A stretch of 64,000 nucleotides of DNA, counting the filler, from Stramenopiles sp. TOSAG23-6 (lineage: Eukaryota), in the NCBI GenBank assembly GCA_900128565.1. It is 11 parts of 11 records of this genome, joined end to end, with 100 filler letters (N's around TTAATTAATTAA, not from the genome) between each part and the next. Parts side by side here need not be neighbours in the genome. Positions count along the whole stretch, not along the records: positions 6,910 to 13,715 come from LT636645.1; positions 13,816 to 20,587 come from LT636646.1; positions 20,688 to 27,456 come from LT636647.1; 8 more parts are not named here. One strand, given 5' to 3'. The stretch's first letter is position 1; every line of letters starts with the position of its first letter. A program made the translations under genes and the position numbers. The notes beneath the pieces were generated by a model. It was not told where the DNA came from and did not search any database. It worked only from the letters and a program-made list of their open reading frames with translations. Shown here one piece after another: positions 10,639-23,600 of this stretch.

Positions 10639-13600
10639 TTAAAACGCTGCTCTGCATAGTGGACAGCTACTCTTTTGAGACGACTGGAACCATTTGTATA
10701 AACAATGAGAATGAAAACATGTATTACATGTTTTACAAGATCGACTAGGTAAAGTACGATGAGTCATATGCAATACATTGTAGCATATTGGACAAGGTTC
10801 AACACCAGAAAATTCCTTGTCAAGATTTTGCTTCCACAATTCCACAGCGTCAACAACAGAACCAACGGCACCATCTTGTGCAGACAAAAGTCGCCTGATC
10901 TGGAGTGCCCAACGACGCCATTGTTTATCTTTTACTCCAAGTCGTCTTTCACACGTTACTTCTGGGAGTTGAAGAGGATGTGACATAGCAAGTTGTAAAC
11001 ATATTTCCAATGTACAGTCATCTGTTTTATACTCTGCTATAATCGAACGCGCATGTAGACTTCCTCTAATTGAAATACTACCAATGCACTCCTCTTGATC
11101 TGATGTATTCGATTTATCTTTCTCCATGTTCGTAGTATATAGATCAACATCAAAAAGTTCTGATCTAACGAGAGCAGGTGTAACACATGCAGCAAAGTAT
11201 CGTTCAACATTAATGATTTCATTACGTGATAATCCAGATATATTCTCAGACCACCAAGATCTAACTTCAGCAGGCATTGCACGTGCAGTTTGAACAATAA
11301 TCTTGTTGGCTAAATTTCGAACATTTATGAGATTCATTGGATATGCAGAAAAAACGTCAGATTGGAGTTTCAAGTCTTTAGCAAAAGGTCTAGTCCATTT
11401 ACTGAGATGGCGATGATCCGGTAAAAGCCATATAAGACAAAGTTCTAACATACTTGGTAAAAGTCGCTTACATTTTACAAATTTGTTTATCGCGGGTCTT
11501 AGCATTGAATCTCTAGGTGAATCGATTACATAACCCATTACTATTAACCAAGCTAAACATATTCCATATAGTTCATGTTTTTGCTTGTCCGTATTTGTGA
11601 CATTTCCATCTGAATCAGTATGGGAAAAAACACCTAGGGCGTCAGCTGAAGTTTTTAAAATACGTAACAAATCCTGACGAATAAGTTTTTGTAAAGTTGA
11701 AGGCAAGAATTTCATAATTACATTGTTCATTTCTTTATCTTCTTCTTCACCTCCTTCAACAGATCCTTCAGATAAAGTAGATATACTATCACCCATAGTC
11801 CCTTTCAACACATTAGAGTATGTGAATGCAAAAGGAAACATCTTTTGAACCTTATATTTGTGCATTGAAGATAAAATTCTATAGGCAGAAGCTTGCAATT
11901 CTGAGCTTGAACATGACAAAAGTTTATGTAACATCGTGACGGTTTCAGGTATAATATAAGTATTTGTGGTATTACTGTTATGGAAATCAGGTTTTGTTGT
12001 CCCTACCGAGACAAATGACGAGGAAATAACACCAGCAAGTACCTTCATTTGTCGCATCAATAACATCTGATTATTTGTTGTTGAAGAATTCTCAGTATAA
12101 CCGTATTTTTTTCCAATCATAGATGATTCACATGTCATAAAAGACATGGATAATAGTGATTCAAAATGTTTCCAAAGTAATGCTAAGGAATTACATCTCT
12201 CATTCCATTCAAGTAAAGGCAAGAGACAAGAAAGTGATAGTATGCATTGAAATTGTTCTTTCAATCGACTGAAGGAATGCACGTTCGTATCATCTTCATT
12301 TCCTTGTAAATTTTTGAAGTGATTGCGTAGCTCAATGGACAAAGTCAATGCATACTCTTGTAATTTTTCACGTATATCACATTCACCATCAACAAAGCTA
12401 ACAGAGGTATTACTACATGCACTTTGATTATTACTTTCTGAAAAACTCCACCACACACTTGCTAAAAGTTGGGCTACATATGTAAAATATTCTGCTTGAA
12501 TTGATCCTTTTTGATTCATAGAATCACTTCTAGATTGTATAAAAACATCGATAGTTTCCAGTGTTGAAGATCGTTCACTCTTTATCCATTCATCGTGATG
12601 CTCACACATTCCCCAATTACCATAATAAATACATACATATCCATTCAATGAACGCAAAGCCAGAGTAACTTTATCTCGTTTACAACTAGAATTTTTACCA
12701 TCTCTGATAATACTTCGCCAAGTATTTGACAAACTTTGAATTGTATTTAAAGTCTCATCTATATCAAAACTATTCCGATCCGAACAAGTTGCTGAAAAGA
12801 CGAGTGAAGAACAGATAGATTTTACTATGATGTTATACAAATCGAACATACAACAAGATTTGTATTGTTGTTCTTCTTTTTCACTACTATGTTCAGCATC
12901 ATATATAACATTTTTGTGAAGACTTGTTACAACAGTTGAAATAAGTTTCATTGCAAGTGATATACGAGGATTGTCATAAATATTTTTTTCTACTCCAGTA
13001 TCATCACTAGAAACACTCGTTGACAATTTCTTTTTATTGCTGGTATGTTTCTGTGTTATATTCTGAACATTACTATCTGCTTTATTTTCATGAGAGTTTT
13101 TCAAAGCAACTTGAGACTGACTTGAAGACGATGATGCTGATTGTGTTGGAACTAATGATAGCTTAATAGCTTCTTCCAATTCACTTTCATCTTCACTAGA
13201 TTCATCATCTTGATCTTCTGGTGAATAAGGAACATTATACTTTGTATGAAGTGCCTCCATTAACTCGGATTCCATTCCAGAATATTTGACCATTAATTTA
13301 TCAAGTTTATCAGGAGCTTCTTCCAATACACCTTTAGCATGCTTGGTGTAGAAATCTTTGACACGTTGTCTAAAGTTACTACTTTGTATACTATCGTCGT
13401 CTTCAACCTCTTTAGAAATAGTTTCAGATGATTTCAAAGGCAAATCAGTGCTCTTCCAACGAGAAAGTTTCTCTGCAATTGTTCCAATGATCTTACCATC
13501 ATCAAGTCGAATTTCAAAAAATATACCACCTGACGGATCGTGGTGTACTTTCATGACTGTAACTGGACTATCCACAAGACCACGATGAATATTTGTGTAG

Positions 13601-13715
13601 AATAATATATCACCTTTTACACAATTTTCAATAGGGATATCCGCATCATCATTTGAATCACAAGTCGCATTTTCTTTTTCTATTACATCTATTGTTTCTT
13701 CTTCTTCGACTATAT
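10639..13715 (-). CDS. LTN1: E3 ubiquitin ligase listerin, C-terminal part
   Basis: PAEVRSWW, RWD-like region, WKQNLDKEFSGVEPCPICY...FHSHCLYKWF..S.KSSCPLCR RING. Confidence 0.93.
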
Positions 13716-13815
13716 NNNNNNNNNNNNNNNNNNNNNNNNNNNNNNNNNNNNNNNNNNNNTTAATTAATTAANNNNNNNNNNNNNNNNNNNNNNNNNNNNN
13801 NNNNNNNNNNNNNNN

Positions 13816-14197
13816 TTCATTCAACAAAACAGCAGTTGATGTAAGTTTAGGTTGTCATATTTTCAGAAGAAGAAGAATTCCACAAAATTTCCCTAAAGGA
13901 TCTAATGAAATACATAAACAGAATTATTTGTACAAACGTGCTAATAGGTGTTTAGAATCAGGGGTTCAAGATGTTCATATTTTTCGTGGTGGATCTCGAA
14001 ACTTTGCATCCCCAGGTTGGACTCATGACACTTCTTTGTTGAATAGATATAATAGAGTATTACTTTCACGTTTTGCGGAGAAAACGAGATCTCAGAAATT
14101 ATCTCAAGAAAGAAGAAATAGACCAAAAGTAGCACATTCTGAAGAGGCACCAAAAATAATATCTCGGTCAGTGGAGCATGAATTTAGGTGGATATAA
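13816..14197 (+). CDS. Hypothetical protein, 3' fragment
   Basis: Open frame near the contig edge; no motif recognised. Confidence 0.35.
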
Positions 14198-14316
14198 AGT
14201 ACAAAAGAATTGTACTTGCAAAATACGAAATTTCAAACTTTTCTACTTTTACGCCAATGGTATAATTTATTTTAAAATACATCTTGAAGTTCAGTATATA
14301 TATATATAATAAAGTA

Positions 14317-17103
14317 TCACACATTAAACTCAATTTCATCATTATTTGAAACATCTTTCAAATGTAGATTTTCATTGTAAAAATCGGTACTATGATTTTC
14401 TTGATTACAGCATTGTAGAGCTGAATCTTGTTTTGCTGTAATTTTTGTTTTTTTGATTGGTACATTCATTGCGACAGAGTGCTCTTGATTTTGTTCTTGA
14501 AGGCCTCTGATGCACACATTTATTTTTCGCTTCTTATTCTGCGATGGTTCGATTGTATTATATTCTTCCACATAATTAGAAACCTTGACCGGCGTACACT
14601 CAACAGAAGAGGCAACTTCAACACTTTCATTAAAATGCAGTTCATTTTGATCAATACTCACAGAAGGTTTAGAAATAGTAGCAGACATCACTTTGACATT
14701 TTGACCAACACTCGTGGAAGGCACAATAGTTTCAACATTTTCATCATTACCATTTAAATTTGTATGACAAATTATGGTGTTTGGAGATACAGATATTTCA
14801 ACATTCTCTTCCTTTCCCGAAAAATTCTTAAGCATTTCCATTTGTTTGGCACGCCATGTATCAAAATTATCATAAGATTCATCATTCTGATGCTGTTGCA
14901 AAAACATGGCATACAATTTTCTCCAACTACTATTTCTTTCATTTTGAATTTTGTTTGAGTCATCTGTACACTTTTCAACAACTACTTCTTTGTTTTCATT
15001 TTGAATGGTTTGCGCATACCATTTCCTCAAACGAATGCCAATCAGTCGCACAGCACGATCGTTTTGTTTTGTTTCACCATTACGCCAGTTACTAAAAGAA
15101 GTCGGACTACATTTAATGATGGGGTGCATGGATTTCTGAGACTCATATGTTTTACCAATAAGCTTTTTAATATCATTTTTAGTGCCACAAAGTTTTTCGT
15201 GTTCCTCTACTTCTTCCTTTGTTCCAGTAAAATTACATTTATCTGTTTCGCATTCAAAATCAAAACAAGGTAAATCCGGTCTTGCATTTGCTACGCAATA
15301 TATGGAACAGAATTTAGTCGAACAATATTGATTATTAGGATATTTTTTGTTAAAAAGTTCAACACGATTTTTACACTTTTCGAATATTTCAGATCCTTGA
15401 TCAATCTCATTTTCACAATAACCACACATAAATTTTGCACCAGCCTTTATGCTTGAAAAGTTTTCTTTTTTAAGTTTCAACCACCTCCTTTCTAAAACTT
15501 TAGAAGAGCCTCGTTTAGAATTAGTTAACTGTCGAAAAAGAGATAATATTGTTGACCAACTCATTAATGGATGACGCACAATGCACAAGAGTAAAACACG
15601 GTCTTCATAATAAGTAAAATCAGCAGGTTTTCTCTCAAGATATGTATTTGTATTATTGTATTCATTAAGACTAATATTAACAGTTTTCAACCATGATTCT
15701 AATTTTGATCCAATATCAAAAGAGAGCTCAATATTTAGATGATTTTCAAGATCATGCAAAGGTACATCTATTTCTTTAGCTACATCTGTCATTTTACAAT
15801 TAAGTAGGACAGTAGCTGCTAAAACACTTTCCTGATACCAAGTACGTTCATTGCAACTATTTCGACATTCTTGTTTTGTTTTATCTAGTGATACTTTCGT
15901 TACTCTCCTTCCAACTTTAGCTTTAGAAAGTTTAACTACACTACAACTGTCATCACTATTTTCATCACTCTCAGTATCACTACTATTGCCATCATCACTC
16001 TCAGTATCATCACTACTATTGCCATCATCACTCTCAGTATCATCACTACTATTGTCGTCACTACTGCTTAAAATTTCGATCTCAGCAGGTTTCAGATTTT
16101 GTATAATTTTACGCCACTGTTTTTTTACACTTGCTTCTGTTCGAATTGTTTCAGGTAAAATGTTTTTAAATTCAGAGTAAAATTTTTGCCTGTTTGATTG
16201 CAGAACCATAGATCTAGAAATTGCAATCACCAATGCACATTTCTCATTATGTGTATAACTCACATTTGGTTTGCTCTTTTTGACATTCTTCTTACACAGT
16301 TGTAGTTTAGAGCACCACAAAATGAATTTTCCACCAGCAATTTTAAGATGATTTTGGGTAGTGCCAACCGCCCGTTTTAAGCAAGAAATTTTCGATTTAC
16401 CAATGTTTGTCAAATCTGCAAGTTTCCTCTGTGAAGAAATGTTCATAAGGGACATTATTATGTGTATTAGATTTGAAACAAAATTTTCATCATGGTCGTT
16501 GGCAGCTTTGAAGAGTTTTATACATTGGTCTTCACAGTCTTTTGATAGGTCTGAAACAAGAAATCCTTCAATAGTTTTATACGTTTTTTTTAGTTTTCTT
16601 TTTTTATATCGCAATTTATACGTTTTTTTTTGTTTTCTTTTTTCATATCGCAATTTATTCCAACGGCTAATAATAGAACCATCAGATCGCTCAAATGAAG
16701 AAGATTTGTTAAATATTTTAGCAACTTCGTTTTTGTTACATTGCCTGACTTGAAATTGAGGATCCTTTTTTTTAAGAAGATTTACGGTTTCCAGTAGCGC
16801 TTTGTCTTCTTCATCTGTCCATCGGCGCTTAGATAAATTTTGACTAGATGCAGGGACATTAGATACCACCCTCAAACCACCATACGGACTCTTTGGATCT
16901 GGATTTGATGCTTCATTATTTTGCTTGGAAGATTGTTGATCACGTGTTTTGCCACTACGCCATTGTAGTGTGAGCTTCCGCCTTCGAATCACTGGAATTT
17001 TGATTTCTTTTAGGAGTTCAATGAATTCCGCTTGTGGCATTTGAAGAATTTCCTCAATGTCGCACGAATACTCTTTGGCAATATCATTAAGCGTATACTC
17101 CAT
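14317..17103 (-). CDS. Multi-Myb/SANT-like DNA-binding protein (928 aa)
   Basis: RRWTDEEDKALL...SRW, YTHNEK...KKQW and FTYYEDRVLL...RRW Myb-like repeats; acidic Ser/Asp tract; Cys cluster. Confidence 0.65.
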   Translation of the reverse strand: MEYTLNDIAKEYSCDIEEILQMPQAEFIELLKEIKIPVIRRRKLTLQWRSGKTRDQQSSKQNNEASNPDPKSPYGGLRVVSNVPASSQNLSKRRWTDEEDKALLETVNLLKKKDPQFQVRQCNKNEVAKIFNKSSSFERSDGSIISRWNKLRYEKRKQKKTYKLRYKKRKLKKTYKTIEGFLVSDLSKDCEDQCIKLFKAANDHDENFVSNLIHIIMSLMNISSQRKLADLTNIGKSKISCLKRAVGTTQNHLKIAGGKFILWCSKLQLCKKNVKKSKPNVSYTHNEKCALVIAISRSMVLQSNRQKFYSEFKNILPETIRTEASVKKQWRKIIQNLKPAEIEILSSSDDNSSDDTESDDGNSSDDTESDDGNSSDTESDENSDDSCSVVKLSKAKVGRRVTKVSLDKTKQECRNSCNERTWYQESVLAATVLLNCKMTDVAKEIDVPLHDLENHLNIELSFDIGSKLESWLKTVNISLNEYNNTNTYLERKPADFTYYEDRVLLLCIVRHPLMSWSTILSLFRQLTNSKRGSSKVLERRWLKLKKENFSSIKAGAKFMCGYCENEIDQGSEIFEKCKNRVELFNKKYPNNQYCSTKFCSIYCVANARPDLPCFDFECETDKCNFTGTKEEVEEHEKLCGTKNDIKKLIGKTYESQKSMHPIIKCSPTSFSNWRNGETKQNDRAVRLIGIRLRKWYAQTIQNENKEVVVEKCTDDSNKIQNERNSSWRKLYAMFLQQHQNDESYDNFDTWRAKQMEMLKNFSGKEENVEISVSPNTIICHTNLNGNDENVETIVPSTSVGQNVKVMSATISKPSVSIDQNELHFNESVEVASSVECTPVKVSNYVEEYNTIEPSQNKKRKINVCIRGLQEQNQEHSVAMNVPIKKTKITAKQDSALQCCNQENHSTDFYNENLHLKDVSNNDEIEFNV
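15951..16065 (-). repeat. Coding tandem repeat (SSDDTESDDGN)n
   Basis: 30-33 nt units, about 3.5 copies. Confidence 0.85.
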
Positions 17104-17418
17104 CTTCTAAAGATCAAAGTGCAAACACAATATACTCGGGTACGCTACGTAATACTGGTATGGCTGGTGTCGTTGCGTATTGATCACGTGGCCAACTTTT
17201 GCTATTTTTTATGACATTCGAATCGGTCAACCACGAATTTGCGAATTAATTTTTTTTTTTATTTTTATTTTATAATGACGGACGCAAAAAATAGGTATAT
17301 TATAGTAAAAAGAATCCTGCGACAGCCATGCTCTTCATTACGATATATATGATATCTTTTGGGAGTCTTTAATTTATTGTTGATAGAATTGTTTAATAGA
17401 TTTTGATATTGGCGTAAT

Positions 17419-18075
17419 ATGAAAATATCAGAAATTGCATGCAAAGAGGTAGAAGAAGAAGACGTTGCTGCTGCTGATGAGGAGAGTCAGTCCGTCTTAC
17501 CAAATAATTTGAGTTTTACCCAAATGAAACCTAAGCGCCTAACTTGCGTTCCATGTATTAGCACATCAGGTTGGCTTGGTAGATCATTTTGTCTTTGGGG
17601 CAGTTCATCGAAAGACTCTCACATATTTCCATTCATTTGTATCGTGGGACCAGATGTTCACTGCTGGGCTTTTACCGTTTTCCTCTGTGCAGTTCCTTGG
17701 GTACTTACATATATATTTTCTGCTTCTAAAAATAGCGTTGTATCAAAAGTGCTATGTATTTCTTTTGGAGCTATACATATACTATCCTTTTTGTTAGCTA
17801 GCTGTTCTGATCCTGGGATTATACGGCGTTCAAGTAATTCAAATGTTGATCCCACAAATTCTGGGACGCGAAAATGCACATATTGTGCTGTTCAGAGACC
17901 CCCACGAGCTCATCATTGCTTCTCATGCAATGTATGCGTTTTAGAATTGGATCATCACTGTCCATGGACAGGAAAGTGTATTGGAAAATATAACTTACGT
18001 TTTTTTTACGCATTTCTATGTTGCAACGTAGTTGCTATCTTTGCAGTTATTGTTTTGAATACTGGGGGCTTCTAA
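17419..18075 (+). CDS. DHHC palmitoyltransferase
   Basis: SDPG, C..C...RPPRAHHC..CNVCV..LDHHCPW.G.CIG..N.RFF. Confidence 0.93.
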   Translation: MKISEIACKEVEEEDVAAADEESQSVLPNNLSFTQMKPKRLTCVPCISTSGWLGRSFCLWGSSSKDSHIFPFICIVGPDVHCWAFTVFLCAVPWVLTYIFSASKNSVVSKVLCISFGAIHILSFLLASCSDPGIIRRSSNSNVDPTNSGTRKCTYCAVQRPPRAHHCFSCNVCVLELDHHCPWTGKCIGKYNLRFFYAFLCCNVVAIFAVIVLNTGGF

Positions 18076-18377
18076 TTTATAAACTTTGAGCTTGATCTTC
18101 ACACGCATTTTTAGTATAGACTGTAGTTAAAGTTGAAATTTCTTAATATGGCGTAATAATTTATTTGAATGATTCTAATTTATGAATAAAGTAGATTTTT
18201 GTTGTTGAATCTCAAATCTCGAAGTAACAAATATTTACTTAATGCCAAATGCGATAATTTATTTTTCTAATTTAGATACCCCACTATAGGATTCAGTGGG
18301 ATGTAGAAGTAACTATTAAAAATGTTGAAAAGGCTGATGTCAACAGCTCAAGCACTGCCGTGTTCTAGAGGTACCCT

Positions 18378-19562
18378 TCAAAGTGGATTCACATCAACTG
18401 CCGGAGGGCCAATATTAAGATTTGAAACAACACTTCTCTTCTTTTTGTTATTCAATTGGAATAATGCGGACATGGACTTCCCAAGATGCAATCGTTTGAT
18501 AGTTTCCGCCAATAGTGGTGCAATTGTTAGCTGTTTAACCTTTTTCGAATTTGGAAATTGAGACGAAAAAGGAATCGTATTACAAACTACAACTTCTTCT
18601 AGAACTGAAGCTTCAATGCGTTCAAATGCAGGTCCTGAAAACACACCATGTGTGGCAAAACAATACACTTTGTGGGCGCCTTTCTCTTTTAAATGCAATG
18701 CTGCTTTGCATAATGTACCAGCAGTGTCAATCATGTCATCGACAATAATGACGTCACATCCTTCAACGGTTCCAATTAAATCCATTTGCTCAATCTTTCC
18801 TGCACCGCTTCGTTGTTTGATAATCATAGCGACTCCTGCCTCTTTTTTGGTAACACGCTCCAACATCATACGAAACTCTTTCGCACGCTGTACACCACCT
18901 GCATCGGGTGACACAACAATCGTATTCTGTAAGCTTTTTTCAGCAAAATAAACAGCACCAACAGGGCCTGCGTTGAGATTGTCTACAGGAGTAGATGGAG
19001 GGAAAAAGCCTTGTATTTGCCCACAGTGCAAGTCTACACACACGACACGATCAACACCCATACATTGTATCATTCTAGCTACATCAGCAGCTGATATGGG
19101 TACACGTGACTCTAGTTTTCGATCTTGCCGGGCGTACCCATAGTACGGAATGATGGCAGTAATCTTTGCAGCCGAAGCTCGGCGCATTGTCGATACTAAC
19201 AGTAAAAGTTCCACTAAATTATCATTAACAGACCCACCGGAAGAGTTACAGCATGGTTGTATGATATAAACACTCTTGTTGCGGACCGATGTGTTCACTC
19301 GAATGCTTACTTCACCGTCATTGAAACGTCCAACTGAGATATCGTCTAGGGGACGACCAAGAAATTTTGCAACATCTTCAGCAAGATCTGCATTGGCCGA
19401 GCCTGCAAATACAAGGCATCGATCATCCTCTGATTGTGCCTTTGGCATTGGTCCACTATAAAAATACCATCGATTAGTCTTTACTCCCTTAAAAACAGGA
19501 GTAGGAACGTTCACGGTATTCGTAACCATTGAATTTTTCCTAACTTTGTGTGGAGTTTCCAT
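18378..19562 (-). CDS. PRPS: Ribose-phosphate pyrophosphokinase
   Basis: FNDGE, PYYGYARQDRK, DLHCGQIQGFF, VSPDAGG, VDDMIDTAGTL. Confidence 0.96.
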   Translation of the reverse strand: METPHKVRKNSMVTNTVNVPTPVFKGVKTNRWYFYSGPMPKAQSEDDRCLVFAGSANADLAEDVAKFLGRPLDDISVGRFNDGEVSIRVNTSVRNKSVYIIQPCCNSSGGSVNDNLVELLLLVSTMRRASAAKITAIIPYYGYARQDRKLESRVPISAADVARMIQCMGVDRVVCVDLHCGQIQGFFPPSTPVDNLNAGPVGAVYFAEKSLQNTIVVSPDAGGVQRAKEFRMMLERVTKKEAGVAMIIKQRSGAGKIEQMDLIGTVEGCDVIIVDDMIDTAGTLCKAALHLKEKGAHKVYCFATHGVFSGPAFERIEASVLEEVVVCNTIPFSSQFPNSKKVKQLTIAPLLAETIKRLHLGKSMSALFQLNNKKKRSVVSNLNIGPPAVDVNPL

Positions 19563-19920
19563 GTTTAAACAAAAAGATGAACGAAACGAGAGGTCGACTT
19601 GAGCAAGAGAACCACCCTTCAATTTTTAAATTGGTCACTGGAACAATGTCGATGTCATTGCTTTAGGTAACAATTTTTGCTACGAATTGGTCTGACCAGT
19701 GCAGTCTGACTCACTATGCAATCATCTCTGTTAGGTCATCCGCGATCAAGATCATTTCATTACAAAAAAATCTAAAATCGTGTTCTCTCGAAACTTTCAC
19801 ACACACAGGGTAAAAAGATGCTCCAAAATCTTGAATAAAGAAGCAATTATCAGCCAAAATCAATATAAAAAGAATATTTGCTTTATTCTAGTGTTATAGA
19901 ATTTTCCACCGTGTACGATA

Positions 19921-20523
19921 ATGGGATTACATAAACGTAAACTTCTAGGCGTTTTCTATAGTGAGTTTGATAACGCTTTCGGTCCAAAGATAATGCATCA
20001 AGCTCCCGATAATTTGTTATCTCCTGAGCGTTTCGATGCACTCAGTGGATATATCATTACGGATAGGAAACTATGCGAAAAATTAGTCACTGTAACTGCA
20101 TTTGGGTTCAAAGTAATGTGTTTTCCTATATGTTTGGAGCATACAAAATATGGTCGAAATGCTTTTCATTTTACGGTGGGTTTTGTTCTTGCTTGTCCAA
20201 CTGAAGCAGAAAATAACTTTTCCAACTTTGAAAGTTTTATAGAAGATGAAAATAATGTCGATATTAATATCGCATCACTGTATAGTCCAATACTGCGTAA
20301 ATTGGGGTCCTTTCTCAAAATGCTTGAGTTAGAGTCCGAATTCTTATCTCAGCCAGAACGAGCTGAGGAGAAATTCAATGAGTTGAGCCAACTTTTATCC
20401 GCCGTACAGGAAGGTCTCACCACTAGTGGCCACTGTATAGTCCATGCAGGTGGTGCATTACTTACGCTTGCCATACAAAATAACATTGGGAATCCTAGAA
20501 TAATTCATAATTGGGAAGTTCCT
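19921..20523 (+). CDS. NPRL2: GATOR1 subunit NPRL2, 5' part
   Basis: FYSEFDNAFGPKI.HQAP, YII...LC, KYGRNAF.F, LELESEFLS, VP before the intron. Confidence 0.88.
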
Positions 20524-20587
20524 GTATGTTTTATATGAATTTCTAATTTAATTTTTTTTTCATACGAAATTTCGTACCTAACGATTT
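20524..20587 (+). mobile_element. Introner-like intron, 5' part (contig ends inside it)
   Basis: CCT|GTATGT...CATACGAAATTTCGTACCTAAC. Confidence 0.8.
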
Positions 20588-20687
20588 NNNNNNNNNNNNN
20601 NNNNNNNNNNNNNNNNNNNNNNNNNNNNNNNTTAATTAATTAANNNNNNNNNNNNNNNNNNNNNNNNNNNNNNNNNNNNNNNNNNNN

Positions 20688-23600
20688 CAAACGCATTCTT
20701 CGTGCTGTGAAATCTTTGCGCTTGACTGATGTTACTAATGCAATTGCAATGGTTGCAACATCTCTTGAATATATACAGTTAAACCCATCAACATCATCGG
20801 ACCTTCTTCGTATCACATCTGTAGCTGCTAATAAAATCGTTTCTATTGGTAAACAATTAGCGGAAATGGCAGGTGCTGTAGCATCAGAAGTACTTTATAC
20901 TCATGGTGCCGTTTGTAAGCTACAGTACGTATTATTGTGTACTGTTCAGACATTACTTGATAAAGGATTTTGCAAGCCTCAAGAAGAAAAATCTGAAGAG
21001 GGCGATGAATCTAAATTAGAAGATGATTGTGATGGCACAGGAATGGGCNNNNNNNNNNNNNNNNNNNNNNNNNNNNNNNNNATGATGGGTCTCGAAGGCG
21101 ATCAAAAAGAACAAGAACTTGAGGGTGAACAAGATGGTGATACTGGTAAAGAAATGGAAAACGACTTCGAGGGTGACATGTATGTTTTATTTTTTTTTTC
21201 AATTATGAACTTATTTTTCGTACGAAATTTTGTACCTAACGATTTTTTTTTTGGAAATATTTTTCCGAAATACATGTGTGACATTGAAGAAAAACAAGAA
21301 GACGAAAAAAATGATGATGATGAGGAGGAAAAAGAAGAAGAAGATATTGATCGTGAGATGGGTGATCAAGATGAAGAAATGGATAACGTTGTAGATGAAA
21401 AACAATGGGATGAAAATGAAGACGAAGAAGAAAAAGAAAATAAACCCGATGAAAAATTTGAAAAAGATGCTCCAATCAACGGTGGCAAAGATGAAGAAGA
21501 AATGCGCGCTGCTGATGAGGAGGATGAAGCACAAGAAAATGAGGACGAGAAATTGAATGATGAAAATAAGTCTAAAGAGCCTGAGGAAAAAGAGCCAGAA
21601 GTTGAAGACAATATGCAACTTGATGAGGATGAAGGTCCAATCAATGAAGATGGTGAAGATCAATAATGATGATGGCAAAGAAGATGACGAAGAAGAAGAA
21701 AATGCTGAGGAAGATGTAAATGCAGATGAAACGTTGTCACCAGAGGAAGAAGCAAAGTTAGAGGAGGAAAAACAGGAAGAAGAAAATGATGGTGATGTTA
21801 TTGAAGCTGAGATTCTTGAAGAAGAAGAACCAGCCGAAAAAGAAGAAGATGCTGTTTCTGCACCTGTAGATGATCAAGAGAAAGCACCAGAAGAGGAAAA
21901 TGATGACAAAAAGGATGATGAGAATAATGACCATGAGCGAAAAGAGCAAGGTGGCATTGAAGCATCTGAAGATGGTGATGGTGGAAAGAATCAAAACGAA
22001 GCAGAACCCGAACCTGTACCCAAACCAAATGAACAACAAGACACTGAAGATCAACCTGAAGACGAGAATGATACTGAAAAAGAGATTAGTGATAATTCTA
22101 AAAAAGAAAAAGACAAGGATGGCGATTGGTGTGAAGATGACTTTCAACCAGAAACGGATGAAAAAGACTCTCAACAACAACAATCTGAACAGTCTCAATC
22201 ACAGCTCGACAAAGATGATGAAGGTGACGATGCAAAACCTCAGAACAATGCAAATCCTCTTAGTAATCCTAATGCAGCACTTGAACATTGGCGTCGTCAA
22301 TTACAACGTCTTGAAAAAGACGAAAATAATGTTGAAAACAAAGATGATCCAGTGGAAAATCCACCAGAAGATTCTCAAAAGGACATCAAGGGTGCTGACG
22401 ATTTAATGGAAATTGATGAAGACGTCAAAGATGATAGAGCTACACAAGTTCTTGCAGCAGACAATCAACACGATAAAAACGAAACTGAGCGAGATGAAAC
22501 ATCTGACGATAAAAATAAAGAACAAATTCCTGAAGATATTGATACCGAAGAAAATGAAGAGACAATAGACGAAACACATTCAGATGATCTTGAAGTCGAA
22601 GAAGATAAAAATCAGCTAAATGATAAATCGGAAAATGATTCAAATAAGGTAAAAAAACAGGATCAAAAGATGAAACAAAATTCAATTATTTTACCTGAAG
22701 ATGAAATTAAAGATATGATGGAAGATGACGAATTAAATGGTAAAGATGAATACAGTGGTGAAAATAACGTTGATGAAGTTGAACGTGATACAAAAGCATT
22801 TACTCGCGAAGATGATACTGAATTTGTAGATGATGATGATATTATTGCTCGAATTAAAAGCGGAGAACTTGGTCAAATAGAACTGCAGCGTTTGCGTGAT
22901 GAAGTCAACAATCAGCGTACCCAAAGTGTATCCGAAGATGATGTCGATGGCCACGCTTTGTGGCATCGTTATGAGGCTTTGACCGCGGAATCTGCCCAGC
23001 GACTCACCGAGCAACTTCGCCTGGTTTTAGCACCAATGTTGGCAACTCGTTTAAAAGGAGATTATCGTTCTGGAAAGCGAATCAACATGCGAAAAGTGAT
23101 TCCATTTATTGCATCACAATTCCGTAAAGATAAAATTTGGTTACGTCGCACAATGCCTTCCAAACGATGCTATCAAGTGGTTGTTGCAATTGATGACTCC
23201 AAAAGCATGGGACCTGCGGGTCATATGGCATGTGAGGCTCTAGCAACGTTATGCCAAGCAATGTCTAGACTCGAAGTGGGAGAATTATCAGTCCTTAGTT
23301 TCGGCGAAAATGTTCGTATGTTACATCCCTTCAACGAACCATTTACAGATGATTCAGCTGGTCGGATGCTTTCACAATTTCGTTTCAATCAAGAGAATAC
23401 AAAATTTGCAAAGACAATTGAAAGTATTACTTCTATATTGGCTTCGATGCGACATTCGCAACAAATGTCTGCAGGTATTAAAGTTGAGTTCACCCAGCTT
23501 GTATTTATGATATCTGATGGAATTATGAGCGAAAATCGAGAAAAGGTGAAACAAATGGCACGAACTGCTATTGAAATGCGCCAGATGCTTGTGATGATTA

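Noticed and set aside
21655-21675. Frame break in the midasin acidic region
   Set aside because: No splice or slippery signal; low-complexity sequence near a gap, so probably an assembly indel or collapse.
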